DNA of 64,000 nt, from assembly GCA_035519565.1 (NCBI GenBank), contig DATIWD010000066.1, positions 12,298 through 76,297 on the forward strand. Reading direction: 5' to 3'. Below are positions 1-9,154 of the stretch, piece by piece. The notes beneath the pieces were generated by a model, which worked only from the letters and a program-made list of their open reading frames with translations, had not been told where the DNA came from and did no database searches. This stretch comes from Gemmatimonadales bacterium (GTDB taxonomy: Bacteria > Gemmatimonadota > Gemmatimonadetes > Gemmatimonadales > GWC2-71-9). A program made the position numbers and the translations under genes. Every line of letters starts with the position of its first letter. Position 1 is the first letter of the stretch.

Positions 1-168
1 TGGCTCCTGGCCGGTGAGCGGCTGAGCGCCCGGACCCTCATGGCCTCACTGGCAATCGTGGCAGCAGTGGTGGTGATCATCCTGAGTCGCGCGGCGCGAA
101 GCACCATGCGGGCCAAGCAGACAAAGGAAGAGATTCCGGTCATTACGGACGAAATACCCGCTGTATAG
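1..168 (+). CDS. C-terminal fragment of a membrane protein (gene begins upstream of the window)
   Basis: Frame 1 is open from the window edge to TAG at 166-168. Translation ends ...LMASLAIVAAVVVIILSRAARSTMRAKQTKEEIPVITDEIPAV*, a hydrophobic helix followed by a charged tail. It has no start in the window, so it is absent from the ORF track. Confidence 0.35.
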   Translation, partial: WLLAGERLSARTLMASLAIVAAVVVIILSRAARSTMRAKQTKEEIPVITDEIPAV

Positions 169-240
169 GACTGAGTGCTGAGGACTGAGGACTGAGGTAG
201 TCGGCGAGGAACTCAGTCCTCAGTCCTTAGTCCTCAGTCC
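168..240. repeat. Hairpin-forming inverted repeat built from tandem heptamers; probable terminator or RNA-stabilising stem
   Basis: Left arm is GGACTGAG TGCTGAG GACTGAG GACTGAG (168-196). A 14-nt spacer follows, then the right arm ACTCAGTC CTCAGTC CTTAGTC CTCAGTC (211-239). It starts on the stop codon of the upstream fragment. Confidence 0.8.
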
Positions 241-278
241 TTTCCTCCCATTCCACCTGGGCGGGATATTATTCCGCC

Positions 279-3200
279 ATGTCCCGCCCCGCCTTCGCGC
301 TCCTCCTCGCGGCGGTCTATGCCGGCTCCCCACCGCCGGCCCTCCAGGTACTGCGGGTCTCGCCCACCGGGGATGCTTCACCGGCTGCGACCATTACCGT
401 CACCTTCGACCGGCCGGTCGCGGGTTCGCTCGACCGCTCGATCGATCCCGCCAGCATCTTCAAGATCGAGCCAGCGGTGCCCGGGAAACTGGAGTGGCGC
501 GATCCCGTCACCCTTCGCCTGGCCCCGGCCTCGCCGCTTCAACCTGGAACCAGCTACACCGTGACCATCAGCGCCGGCTTCCAGGCGATGGACGGGAGCC
601 AGCTGCGTGAGCCCTACCGCTTCTCGTTCCGGGTGACCGGCCCCAAGGTCCTCACCGGATTGCCGGTGAGTAGCGGAGACCATCCCCGCTTCCTGACCCC
701 CGACACCAAGTTCGAGCTGCTCTTCAGCGCGCCAATCGACTCCGCAGTGGCGAGCGCCGTTGCCTACCTCGACTTCCCCGCCGGCTGTGTCAGCCCCGGC
801 ATCATTCGCCTGATCTACCAGCGTCAGCGACCCCTCGGCGAGGAAGAACCGTGGCAATACCGCGAGGCCGGAGGTTACGAACGGGACCGGGGCGCCGATG
901 CGCTTCGCCGGGTGGTCGAATTCAAGCCGGAGCGCCGCCTCCCGTACGGTTGCGGAGGGGACCTGGTGGTTCGGTCCATTATCGACGAGGAGGGTACCAG
1001 TCCTTATCTCCGCTGGTCCTTCCGGACCTACGGTCCGTTCGAGCTCACCAAGGCCGAGTGCGCGGGCGCCAAGTTTTGTCCCAGCGGTGGGATCCGGCTG
1101 CATTTCACGACCCCGGTACGAGGAGCCGTGCTGGTCCAGAAGATCCATCTCTATCCCCAGACGCCGTTCACGGTCCCCGATACCACCGACGAGCTGGCCG
1201 ACTGGTATCTGGAGGCTCAGCTCAAGCCGGTCACCAGCTACGCCGTGGTGGCGGATACCAACCTGACCGACGTCTTCGGCCAGCGGATCACCGGCAATCC
1301 GGCCAACGGGTTTACGACCACGAGCTTTGCGCCCACGGTAGAGCACACCTGGGGCCGCATGACCATCGAGCGCGGCGCCTTCCGGACCCTGGCGATCAGG
1401 TACGTCAACGTGGACACGCTGGACGCCGTGGTCGCCCCGGTGCCCGACTCCCTCGAAGCCAAGGTGCTCCAGTACAGCCGCTGGGGTGGGGACCGGGACA
1501 GTGTGTTGACCCGGATCGCGGCTTCGGTGCCCACCCGTCGCATCGTGGTTCCCGGGCCACGCGACCGGGCCCGGATCTACGGACTCAAGGTCCCGGTGTT
1601 GAACGCCCAGCGGGCCCGGAGCCCGGCGCTGCAGCTGGTCCGGGTCACCAGTCCGTCGCTCGATAGTGCCTGGAACAACGCGCAGCCCTGGGCCATCGTG
1701 CAGGTCACCGATCTCGGAGTGCACGCGCGGATCGGCGCCCGGGAAGGGGTGGTCTGGGTGACCGGGCTGAGCGATGGGAAGCCTCGCGGCGGCGCTACGG
1801 TCACTCTGCGCGACACCCGGGGCGCGGTTCGCGCCACCGCGACCACCAATGCCGACGGCGTCGCCCGTTTCCCCAGCTTCAGGCCCGACACGGTACCCGA
1901 CCAGGAGGGACGCTGGCGCTATACCCCGTTCGAGGGGTACGTGAGCGCGCAACTCGGGAACGATCGCGCGGTCACCGCCATCAGCCAGTACGACCCCGAC
2001 CTGAGTCCCTGGCAATTCAAGGTGCGGAGCGCCTATGGCGAGGAGCGTCTCCCCACCGCGGGCGCGGTATTCACCGAGCGGGGGATCTACCGGCCCGGCG
2101 AGCCGCTCTACGCCAAGGCGATCGTCCGCGACGGGATACTGGGCGCGCTCAAGGCGCCGGCGGGATCCGAATCGGTCCGGTGGATTTTCTCGGACCGGGA
2201 ATCGGGGACCCTCAAGGACACGACGGTCCGGCTATCCCGCTTCGGAACCGCCGATCTGACCTTCCGGCTCCCGCCGGGGATGCCGCTCGGCCAATACGAG
2301 ATCAAGATCCAGCGAAAGACCAACGGCGCCTGGTTTGACCTCGCGTCCACCGGCTATCGAGTGGCGGAGTATCGACCGCCGGAGTTTCTGGTGGACATGA
2401 CCGGAGACACCGCCGCCCGCTTCCCGGGAGATTCGCTCGTCGCGACGGTGCAGGCCCGCTACCTGTTCGGCGCGCCGATGGGACGTGCCGCGCTGAGCTG
2501 GACCCTCACCCAGACCACGCTGTTCGGTTCCGAAGTGTCCATCCCTAATACCCAGGACTACTACCTGGGGGACAACGGGTGGTGGTGGGAGGACTCGGAC
2601 AACGCCCCGGGTGGGACCCGGGTACTGGAAAGCGGGAAGGACACGCTGGACCCTGCCGGTCGGGCGGTCCTCAAGGTGGGACTCGATGCTCCGCCGACTG
2701 GGCGCCCCGCCCGCGCCGACCTCGAGGTCACTGTCACCGACGTGAATCGGCAAACGGTGTCGACCAGCGTCTCGACCCTGGTCCATCCCGCTGCGTTCTA
2801 CCTCGCCGCCAAGCCGCTCGGCACCGAGTACTTCTGGACCGCGGGCACCTCTCAATCAATCGCGGTCCTGGCGGTGCGCCCCAATGGGGAGCGGGTGCGC
2901 AATGTGCGGATCAATGGAGCCATCATCCGTCGCGAGTGGCACCAGGTCAATCGTGACCGCGACGGGTATGCGGAGACCGTCGGAGACTGGGTGTCGGACA
3001 CCGTGGCTCGTTGCGGTCTCACCAGCGCCGCCGATCCGGTCAACTGCGTGTTCACTCCATCACTGGCCGGCTCCTACATCGCGAGCTTCACGGCCACCGA
3101 TGCCCAGGGACGAGCGGTCTCGACCAGCTTCTACCGCTGGGCCACCGGCAAGGACTGGGTGCCCTGGAGCGACGAGAGCCAGTTCAAGATGGATGTCATC

Positions 3201-6002
3201 CCGGATCGCTCGCGGTACACCGTAGGCGACACCGCGACCGTGCTCTTCGCCTCCCCCTTCACCAACGCGGAGGCCTGGATCACCGTTGAACGGGAAGGAT
3301 TGATCGAGCAACGCCGGCTCAGGATCGACGCCGGCTCGACCACGCTCAAGTTCCCGATCACCGAGGCCTACACCCCTAACGCCTACGTGTCGATCATCGT
3401 GGCCCGGGGGCGGAGCGCCAAGCCCGGTCCACTCGACGATCCCGGGCGACCCACCATCCGGGTGGGTTATGCCGAGCTGCGAGTCACTCCAGAGGCGAAA
3501 CGGCTGGCCGTCACCGTGGAGCCGCTCTCGCGCGAATACCGCCCGGGGGATACCGCGCGCGTGCGCCTGCGAGTCAAGGATCGCGCCGGGGCCGGCCAGC
3601 GCAGCGAAGTCACCCTCTGGGCGGTGGACGAGGGTGTGCTGGCCCTCACCGGCTATCGCACTCCCGATCCGATCGACCTGATCTATCGGGAGCGTGGCCT
3701 CGGGTTCCGCCTGGCCAGCAATGTCACCACGGTAGCGCCGCAGGTCCCCGAGGGGGAAAAGGGCAGGTCGCCCGGCGGGGGTGGCGGCGCGGGACAGAGC
3801 GACATCCTCCGTTCCCGCTTCCAGACCACCGCCTTCTTCCTGGGTAGTGTGGTGACCGACAGCGCGGGGAACGCGGTAGCACGAGCCCGCCTGCCCGACA
3901 ACCTGACCACCTTCCGCGTCATGGCGGTGGCGCTCACCGCGGGAGACCGCTACGGCAACGGCGAGTCCTCGGTGATCGTGACCCGCCCGCTCCTGGCCCG
4001 GCCGGCCTTGCCGCGCTTCCTCCGGGACGGGGACCAGTTCTCCGCCGGAGTCGTAGTGAACCAGCGGTCGGGCGGCACTCCGACGGTGGCGGTCACGGCC
4101 GAGGCCGAGGGAGCCGCGCTGACCGGGCCGGCGAGCCAGAGCGTGACGCTGGAGGCGGGACGGGGGCGCGAGGTGCGTTTCGATCTCCGCGGCCAGGCCG
4201 CCGACACCGCCACCTTCAGGTTCCGGGTCTCCTCGGGCAAGGACGCCGACGCGGTGCAGCAGCGGATCCCCTATCAGCCGGTGTTCCATCCGCGCGCGGC
4301 CACCATCGCCGGCGTCCTGACCGATACCGCCTCGGTCCAATTCACCTTGCCGGAGGGGATCGACGCCAGGCGATCGCGCCTTGCCTTGAGCCTTGGCAGC
4401 TCGCCGCTCAGCGTGATTCGCGGGATCGATCGGGAGCTCGAGGTCTATCCCTGGGGTTGCACCGAGCAGGTGGTGAGTAGTGTCACGCCGATCCTGGCGC
4501 TCTATCGGGCCCAGTCCAGCCTCAAGACCACCCTGTTGCGCGGGAATCCCAAACGGGAAATCGCCACCGCCGTGGGCATCATCCTCGGGCGACAGCGCCC
4601 CGATGGCGGGATCGGGTACTGGAGCTCATCCGACTGGACCACGCCCTGGCTCAGTGCCTACGCGGGGCTCGTGCTGCTCGACGCGAAAGAAGCCGGGATC
4701 GCCGTCAATGATTCCGCCGTGGCCCGCCTGGTCACCTACCTGCGAGGGGCGCTCAAGGATCCGCAGCCGATTCGGGCGCCGGTGATCGGGTGGTACGACG
4801 AGCTTCGGGTCAAGCTCAGCGATCGGGTGGCTGCGGTAGACTTCCTGAGTCGCGCGAAGCGGGCCGATGTCGCCGCGGAGAACGACCTGCTCGGCGTCGC
4901 CCCGCAAATGGGCTGGGAAGATCGGGTCCGCCTCGCGGAGGTGCTCAGTCGTCGAGGCGCGGCCAAGGCGGCGCGCGGATTGTTGACCCCGATCTGGAAC
5001 GCGGTCAAGGTCGAAGGGCGGCGCGCGGTCGTGGCCGACACCGCCGCTCCTTCCTATCACTACTTCCCATCGCGGACCCGGCCGATCGCCCGGCTGCTCA
5101 CAGCCACGCTGGCGGTGGACTCGGCGCATCCCCTGCTGGGTCCGCTGGTGGAGACCCTGATCCAGCAGGGGCGCGCCACCAGTTGGATCTGGTGGAACAC
5201 CCAGGATTATGCGGCGGTCGTGAGTGGTCTGGCCGCCTTCGAGCGCCGGCAACAGGGCGCCGCAGCGAGAGACGTGCGGGTGACGTCCGGCTCGCGACTG
5301 GTCTTTGGTGTTTCCGGGTCTGCAGGGAGGGACTCGGTGGTGAGTCTCGAGGGCCTGCTCAACGAGGGCTCTGGTGGCGCGACCGTGCCGCTCAGCCTCA
5401 CGGCCGGCGGCGCCGGCGGACCGATCTACTACTACCTCACCGTGAGCGAAGTGCCTCGGGCCCGACCGGTCACTCCGGATCAAGAGGGGATCCAGGTCGA
5501 GCGCTGGTACGAGCGTTACGAGGGAGGTTCACCGACGGTCACCGCGCTGGAGGGCGATCTGGTTCGGGTGCGCCTCAGGATCACGGTCCCCAGCGACCGT
5601 CAGTTCGTGGTGCTCGAGGATCCCTTGCCGGCCGGCCTCGAAGCGGTGGACCTGAGCCTCAGAACCGTGGGCGGCCTGCCGGGCCCGGGGACTGGAGAGC
5701 AGACCCGGTACCAGGGTGACGAGGAGGACCTCGAGGAAGAGGGAGGTGGTGAGTTCGGGTGGTATTACGGGAGCTGGGATTTCGGCTGGTGGTCTCCTTT
5801 CGACCATCGGGAGCTGCGAGACGATCGGGTGGTCTACTTCGCTACGGTGCTCTGGAAAGGCACCTACAACGCGAGCTACGTGGCTCGGGCCACCACGCCG
5901 GGGACCTTCGTTCGCCCGCCGGCGCACGCGGAAGAGATGTACAACCCGGCCCTGCATGGGCGGAGCGATGGCGGAGTCTTCACGGTGACGGGGAAGCGGT
6001 GA
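279..6002 (+). CDS. Bacterial alpha-2-macroglobulin family protein (thioester-containing, YfhM/ECAM-like)
   Basis: 1907-aa ORF with a hydrophobic N-terminal signal-like segment. Thioester motif YPWGCTEQVV is present (CTEQ encoded at 4458-4469). Size and position directly upstream of pbpC match the known A2M-PBP1C pairing. Confidence 0.9.
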   Translation: MSRPAFALLLAAVYAGSPPPALQVLRVSPTGDASPAATITVTFDRPVAGSLDRSIDPASIFKIEPAVPGKLEWRDPVTLRLAPASPLQPGTSYTVTISAGFQAMDGSQLREPYRFSFRVTGPKVLTGLPVSSGDHPRFLTPDTKFELLFSAPIDSAVASAVAYLDFPAGCVSPGIIRLIYQRQRPLGEEEPWQYREAGGYERDRGADALRRVVEFKPERRLPYGCGGDLVVRSIIDEEGTSPYLRWSFRTYGPFELTKAECAGAKFCPSGGIRLHFTTPVRGAVLVQKIHLYPQTPFTVPDTTDELADWYLEAQLKPVTSYAVVADTNLTDVFGQRITGNPANGFTTTSFAPTVEHTWGRMTIERGAFRTLAIRYVNVDTLDAVVAPVPDSLEAKVLQYSRWGGDRDSVLTRIAASVPTRRIVVPGPRDRARIYGLKVPVLNAQRARSPALQLVRVTSPSLDSAWNNAQPWAIVQVTDLGVHARIGAREGVVWVTGLSDGKPRGGATVTLRDTRGAVRATATTNADGVARFPSFRPDTVPDQEGRWRYTPFEGYVSAQLGNDRAVTAISQYDPDLSPWQFKVRSAYGEERLPTAGAVFTERGIYRPGEPLYAKAIVRDGILGALKAPAGSESVRWIFSDRESGTLKDTTVRLSRFGTADLTFRLPPGMPLGQYEIKIQRKTNGAWFDLASTGYRVAEYRPPEFLVDMTGDTAARFPGDSLVATVQARYLFGAPMGRAALSWTLTQTTLFGSEVSIPNTQDYYLGDNGWWWEDSDNAPGGTRVLESGKDTLDPAGRAVLKVGLDAPPTGRPARADLEVTVTDVNRQTVSTSVSTLVHPAAFYLAAKPLGTEYFWTAGTSQSIAVLAVRPNGERVRNVRINGAIIRREWHQVNRDRDGYAETVGDWVSDTVARCGLTSAADPVNCVFTPSLAGSYIASFTATDAQGRAVSTSFYRWATGKDWVPWSDESQFKMDVIPDRSRYTVGDTATVLFASPFTNAEAWITVEREGLIEQRRLRIDAGSTTLKFPITEAYTPNAYVSIIVARGRSAKPGPLDDPGRPTIRVGYAELRVTPEAKRLAVTVEPLSREYRPGDTARVRLRVKDRAGAGQRSEVTLWAVDEGVLALTGYRTPDPIDLIYRERGLGFRLASNVTTVAPQVPEGEKGRSPGGGGGAGQSDILRSRFQTTAFFLGSVVTDSAGNAVARARLPDNLTTFRVMAVALTAGDRYGNGESSVIVTRPLLARPALPRFLRDGDQFSAGVVVNQRSGGTPTVAVTAEAEGAALTGPASQSVTLEAGRGREVRFDLRGQAADTATFRFRVSSGKDADAVQQRIPYQPVFHPRAATIAGVLTDTASVQFTLPEGIDARRSRLALSLGSSPLSVIRGIDRELEVYPWGCTEQVVSSVTPILALYRAQSSLKTTLLRGNPKREIATAVGIILGRQRPDGGIGYWSSSDWTTPWLSAYAGLVLLDAKEAGIAVNDSAVARLVTYLRGALKDPQPIRAPVIGWYDELRVKLSDRVAAVDFLSRAKRADVAAENDLLGVAPQMGWEDRVRLAEVLSRRGAAKAARGLLTPIWNAVKVEGRRAVVADTAAPSYHYFPSRTRPIARLLTATLAVDSAHPLLGPLVETLIQQGRATSWIWWNTQDYAAVVSGLAAFERRQQGAAARDVRVTSGSRLVFGVSGSAGRDSVVSLEGLLNEGSGGATVPLSLTAGGAGGPIYYYLTVSEVPRARPVTPDQEGIQVERWYERYEGGSPTVTALEGDLVRVRLRITVPSDRQFVVLEDPLPAGLEAVDLSLRTVGGLPGPGTGEQTRYQGDEEDLEEEGGGEFGWYYGSWDFGWWSPFDHRELRDDRVVYFATVLWKGTYNASYVARATTPGTFVRPPAHAEEMYNPALHGRSDGGVFTVTGKR

Positions 6003-6058
6003 ACGGGAGAACGGGAGAACGGGAGAACGGGAGAACGGGAGAACGGGAGATGGGAAGA
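6002..6058 (+). repeat. Tandem octamer array (AACGGGAG)x5 plus two degenerate copies; no inverted partner
   Basis: Read directly: aacgggag x5 (6002-6041), then atgggaag agcgagaag. It begins on the last base of the A2M stop codon and lies in the 102-nt A2M-pbpC spacer. Confidence 0.85.
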
Positions 6059-6104
6059 GCGAGAAGTTGGCTCGCGTCAAGCCCACGGTCCGCGTGAGCA
6101 TCGA

Positions 6105-8387
6105 ATGAACTGGGCGAGCGGTATGAAACGCGGAGCATGGGCCGTGGGATTGGTAGTGCTCCTGCTCGCTTCCGTCGCGGCGTGGGTCGCGTGGCCTTTG
6201 CCTGGCGGCCTGCTCGACCCGGGCAGCGAGCTCAGCCTCACGCTCCGGGACCGTCACGGGGTGATGTTGCGATCCACCCGGGCCGCGGATGGGAACCTGG
6301 CGCGCTGGCTCCCGCTGGACCGGATGGATCCCGATCTGCTGGTCGCCTTTCTCGTGATGGAAGACCGGCGATTCTACCAGCACCACGGTGTGGATCCTGC
6401 CGCCGTAGCTCGTGCGCTGCGTGACAACCTGACCAGTGGGCGGGTAGTCTCGGGCGCCTCGACCCTCACTATGCAGTTGGCCCGTCTGCTCAGGCCCATC
6501 GATCGTAGCTGGCTCGGCAAGCTGGAGCAGACCCTCTGGGCGCTGCGCCTCGAAGGGCATCTCTCCAAGCAGCAGATACTGGAGCAGTACCTCAATCGAG
6601 TGCCGCTGGGGCAGGGCACCGTCGGTGTCGGGGCTGCGGCGCGACTCTACTTTGACGGGTCGGCGACGACCTTAAGCCCAGGCCAGGCGGCCATGCTGGC
6701 GGGCCTGGCTCATTCTCCCTCGAGCGACAATCCGCTGGTGTCCTCGGGTCGGGCGCACGCACGGCGGACCGTCGCACTCAACCGGCTGCGCTCTCTCGGC
6801 TACCTCACCGCCGTGCAGGTGCAGGATGCCCAGCGCGAACCGGTGCTTGCCACGGGGCGGTCCACCCCGTTCCTGGCGCCGCACTTCACCACCGAGTGGC
6901 TGCGGCGGGCCGACGAGGATGGGACCTCCCCCAATGGTGCCTGGCGCACCTCGCTCGACATCGAACTACAGGAGACCCTCGAGGGAGAGGTGCGTCATAC
7001 CGTCGAGCTGCTCAAGGACCGAGGGGGACGGCAAGCCGCGGCGGTAGTGCTCGACAACACGACCGGCCAGGTCCTCGCCTGGGTTGGCTCGCCCGACTTC
7101 TGGGCCGATACCGCGGGCCAGGTGGACATGGTCGTGTCCGCCCGCCAGCCGGGGTCCGCGCTCAAGCCGTTTCTCTACGGCCTGGCGTTCGATCGGGGAT
7201 ACACCGCGGCGTCGGTGCTCGAGGATATCGCGCATACCTATCAGACCTCGACCGGCCCCTACCATCCGCGGAACTACGACCGCCGCTTTCACGGGCCGGT
7301 GCGGGCCCGGGAGGCACTGGCCAGCTCGTACAACGTCTCCGCTGTCGAGCTGGTGGATCGCCTCGGCTACGTCACCCTGTGGCAGGATCTGCATGAGGCC
7401 GGGTTCGCCTCGCTCGACCGGGCACCGGAGCACTACGGGTTGGGACTCGCGCTGGGCAATGGAGACGTGACGCTGTTGGAGTTGGCCAACGGGTATCGCG
7501 CATTGGCGAACGGCGGAGTCTGGAGGCCGGTGCAGTGGCTCGCCGGACCGGAGGCGGCTCCGTTCGCGAACGCCGCCGGCGAACGGCGAGTCATGTCTGC
7601 CGGCTCGGCCGCGCTGGTGCTGGATATCCTGAGCGATCCCGCGGCTCGAGTTCCGGGATTCGGTTTGCAGACGCCGTTCGATTTCCCCTTCAAGGTCGCG
7701 GCCAAGAGCGGCACCAGCCGCCATTTCACGGACAATTGGTCGGTCGGCGTGACCGGCAACTTCACGGTGGCGGTCTGGGTCGGGAACTTCAGCGGCCAGC
7801 CGATGGATGGAGTGAACGGGGTGACCGGCGCCGGCCCGCTGCTGCATCGGGCCATCCTCGCCACCGCGAAGCGGTACCCTCCTGGCGACTTTCTCGACCC
7901 CTCCCGACTCGGGGCTGTGTCGGTCCGGATCTGCCGCCTGTCCGGACTCCTCGCCGGCCCCGACTGTCCCACGACCGACGAGTGGTTCTGGCCTGGCTCG
8001 AAGCCCGGCCGAGAGTGCGATTGGCATCGAGACGGGCAGGTCTCCTTGCCGGTGGAATACGCGGAGTGGCTGCGCATTGAGGGGCAGACCGATCCCGGTT
8101 CCGTGATCACGCCCCGCCGTGATACTCATCCCGCCAGCGAGACCACTGACTTCAGGATCACCTCGCCTATGGAAGGCGATCGGTACCGGATACCTCCGGG
8201 CGTTGATCCCCGGTACAGTACCCTCGCCCTCCAGGCGGTCGGCGCTCGGCCCGACGAAGACGTCCGCTGGTCGGTGGACGGCCACCCGATGGGATCTGGG
8301 CGGTGGATGCTGGTGCGGGGCGGCCACGCGATCCGGGCGGAGACCAGCTCAGGCCGGGTATCCGAAGTCCGGATCACGGTGGAGTAA
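6105..8387 (+). CDS. pbpC: Penicillin-binding protein 1C (bifunctional glycosyltransferase/transpeptidase)
   Basis: Carries GT51 motifs EDRRFYQHHGVD and GASTLTMQ. Transpeptidase motifs are SxxK (GSALKPF), SxN (SYN) and KSG (KSGTS). It has an N-terminal membrane anchor and follows the A2M gene. Confidence 0.9.
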   Translation: MNWASGMKRGAWAVGLVVLLLASVAAWVAWPLPGGLLDPGSELSLTLRDRHGVMLRSTRAADGNLARWLPLDRMDPDLLVAFLVMEDRRFYQHHGVDPAAVARALRDNLTSGRVVSGASTLTMQLARLLRPIDRSWLGKLEQTLWALRLEGHLSKQQILEQYLNRVPLGQGTVGVGAAARLYFDGSATTLSPGQAAMLAGLAHSPSSDNPLVSSGRAHARRTVALNRLRSLGYLTAVQVQDAQREPVLATGRSTPFLAPHFTTEWLRRADEDGTSPNGAWRTSLDIELQETLEGEVRHTVELLKDRGGRQAAAVVLDNTTGQVLAWVGSPDFWADTAGQVDMVVSARQPGSALKPFLYGLAFDRGYTAASVLEDIAHTYQTSTGPYHPRNYDRRFHGPVRAREALASSYNVSAVELVDRLGYVTLWQDLHEAGFASLDRAPEHYGLGLALGNGDVTLLELANGYRALANGGVWRPVQWLAGPEAAPFANAAGERRVMSAGSAALVLDILSDPAARVPGFGLQTPFDFPFKVAAKSGTSRHFTDNWSVGVTGNFTVAVWVGNFSGQPMDGVNGVTGAGPLLHRAILATAKRYPPGDFLDPSRLGAVSVRICRLSGLLAGPDCPTTDEWFWPGSKPGRECDWHRDGQVSLPVEYAEWLRIEGQTDPGSVITPRRDTHPASETTDFRITSPMEGDRYRIPPGVDPRYSTLALQAVGARPDEDVRWSVDGHPMGSGRWMLVRGGHAIRAETSSGRVSEVRITVE

Positions 8388-9015
8388 GCGCGCCGGAGAC
8401 CCGCTGCGCCGTGGCTGGAACTACCGGCGACTTCCGGTGAGTTCGTTCCACCGCGTCGAGCAGCTTCCAGACGTCGCGGTGCTCCCAGTACCCTCCGTCG
8501 TCCCGCACATCGACCCCGAAGCCCAGCGCTCGCGCCTGGTCCAGTACCGCGATCACCGACTGGTGGCACCGGACGAAGTATTCGAGGCCGCAGAGACTCG
8601 CGTACCAGGTGTTGCAGGCGGCGCTCCACTGCCAACCCGGTAGCCCGGTCGCGTAGAGCAGGCCTCGTCGCTCGACCACCGCGGGGTATCGCGCCAGCCC
8701 GATCGGCAGGTTCTCGCAACGGCGCCCCACTTTGATCACGAATCCCTGGATTTCCTCCGGCTCCAGGTCTTCGGGCCAATCCGCGTCGGCCCAGGCGGCG
8801 CGCCGGCGTGCCGAAAGGCGCAAGAGGTCGCGCGGCTCCCGGAGTCCGGTGCTTCCTCCCGCGCGGCACTCTTCTCCTCTGAACCGCCAGATCGGCGTGA
8901 TCAAGTGAAACGGAAAGCGCTCCGAGACCAGACGGAGCCGCGCCAGCTGAGTCGCGGCCACGGTGGGATCGCGAGTTTCGGGGAGGGACAGCTTGTAGCG
9001 TACCGAGAAGGCCAC
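8374..9015 (-). CDS. Hypothetical protein, no family recognised
   Basis: 213-aa ORF with balanced composition (W/Y/F/C/D/E rich). The overlapping 315-aa frame is R/G/P-rich, typical of an off-frame. Its 3' end overlaps the pbpC 3' end by 14 nt (convergent). Confidence 0.5.
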   Translation of the reverse strand: MAFSVRYKLSLPETRDPTVAATQLARLRLVSERFPFHLITPIWRFRGEECRAGGSTGLREPRDLLRLSARRRAAWADADWPEDLEPEEIQGFVIKVGRRCENLPIGLARYPAVVERRGLLYATGLPGWQWSAACNTWYASLCGLEYFVRCHQSVIAVLDQARALGFGVDVRDDGGYWEHRDVWKLLDAVERTHRKSPVVPATAQRVSGALTPP

Positions 9016-9154
9016 GGCCAGACTCCGGGATGATGATCCCGACGATGTGGGTTAAGGCGTTTCGGTCCGTCATCCTTTCGCCGCGAACGGCAGCAACTTT
9101 GTTCGCGTACCCCTCCCTTCCGCCCGAGCCCGGCGCACGATACCCTTCCGGCCC

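Noticed and set aside
6002-6058. Tandem repeats (also 10171-10266) considered as a possible CRISPR array or minisatellite-type mobile element.
   Set aside because: The units are 8-9 nt with no spacers, far shorter than CRISPR repeats, and no cas genes are present in the window.
8126-9073. 315-aa minus-strand ORF competing with the 213-aa ORF at 8374-9015.
   Set aside because: It is R/G/P/A-rich and would overlap pbpC by about 260 nt. The 213-aa frame has protein-like composition.
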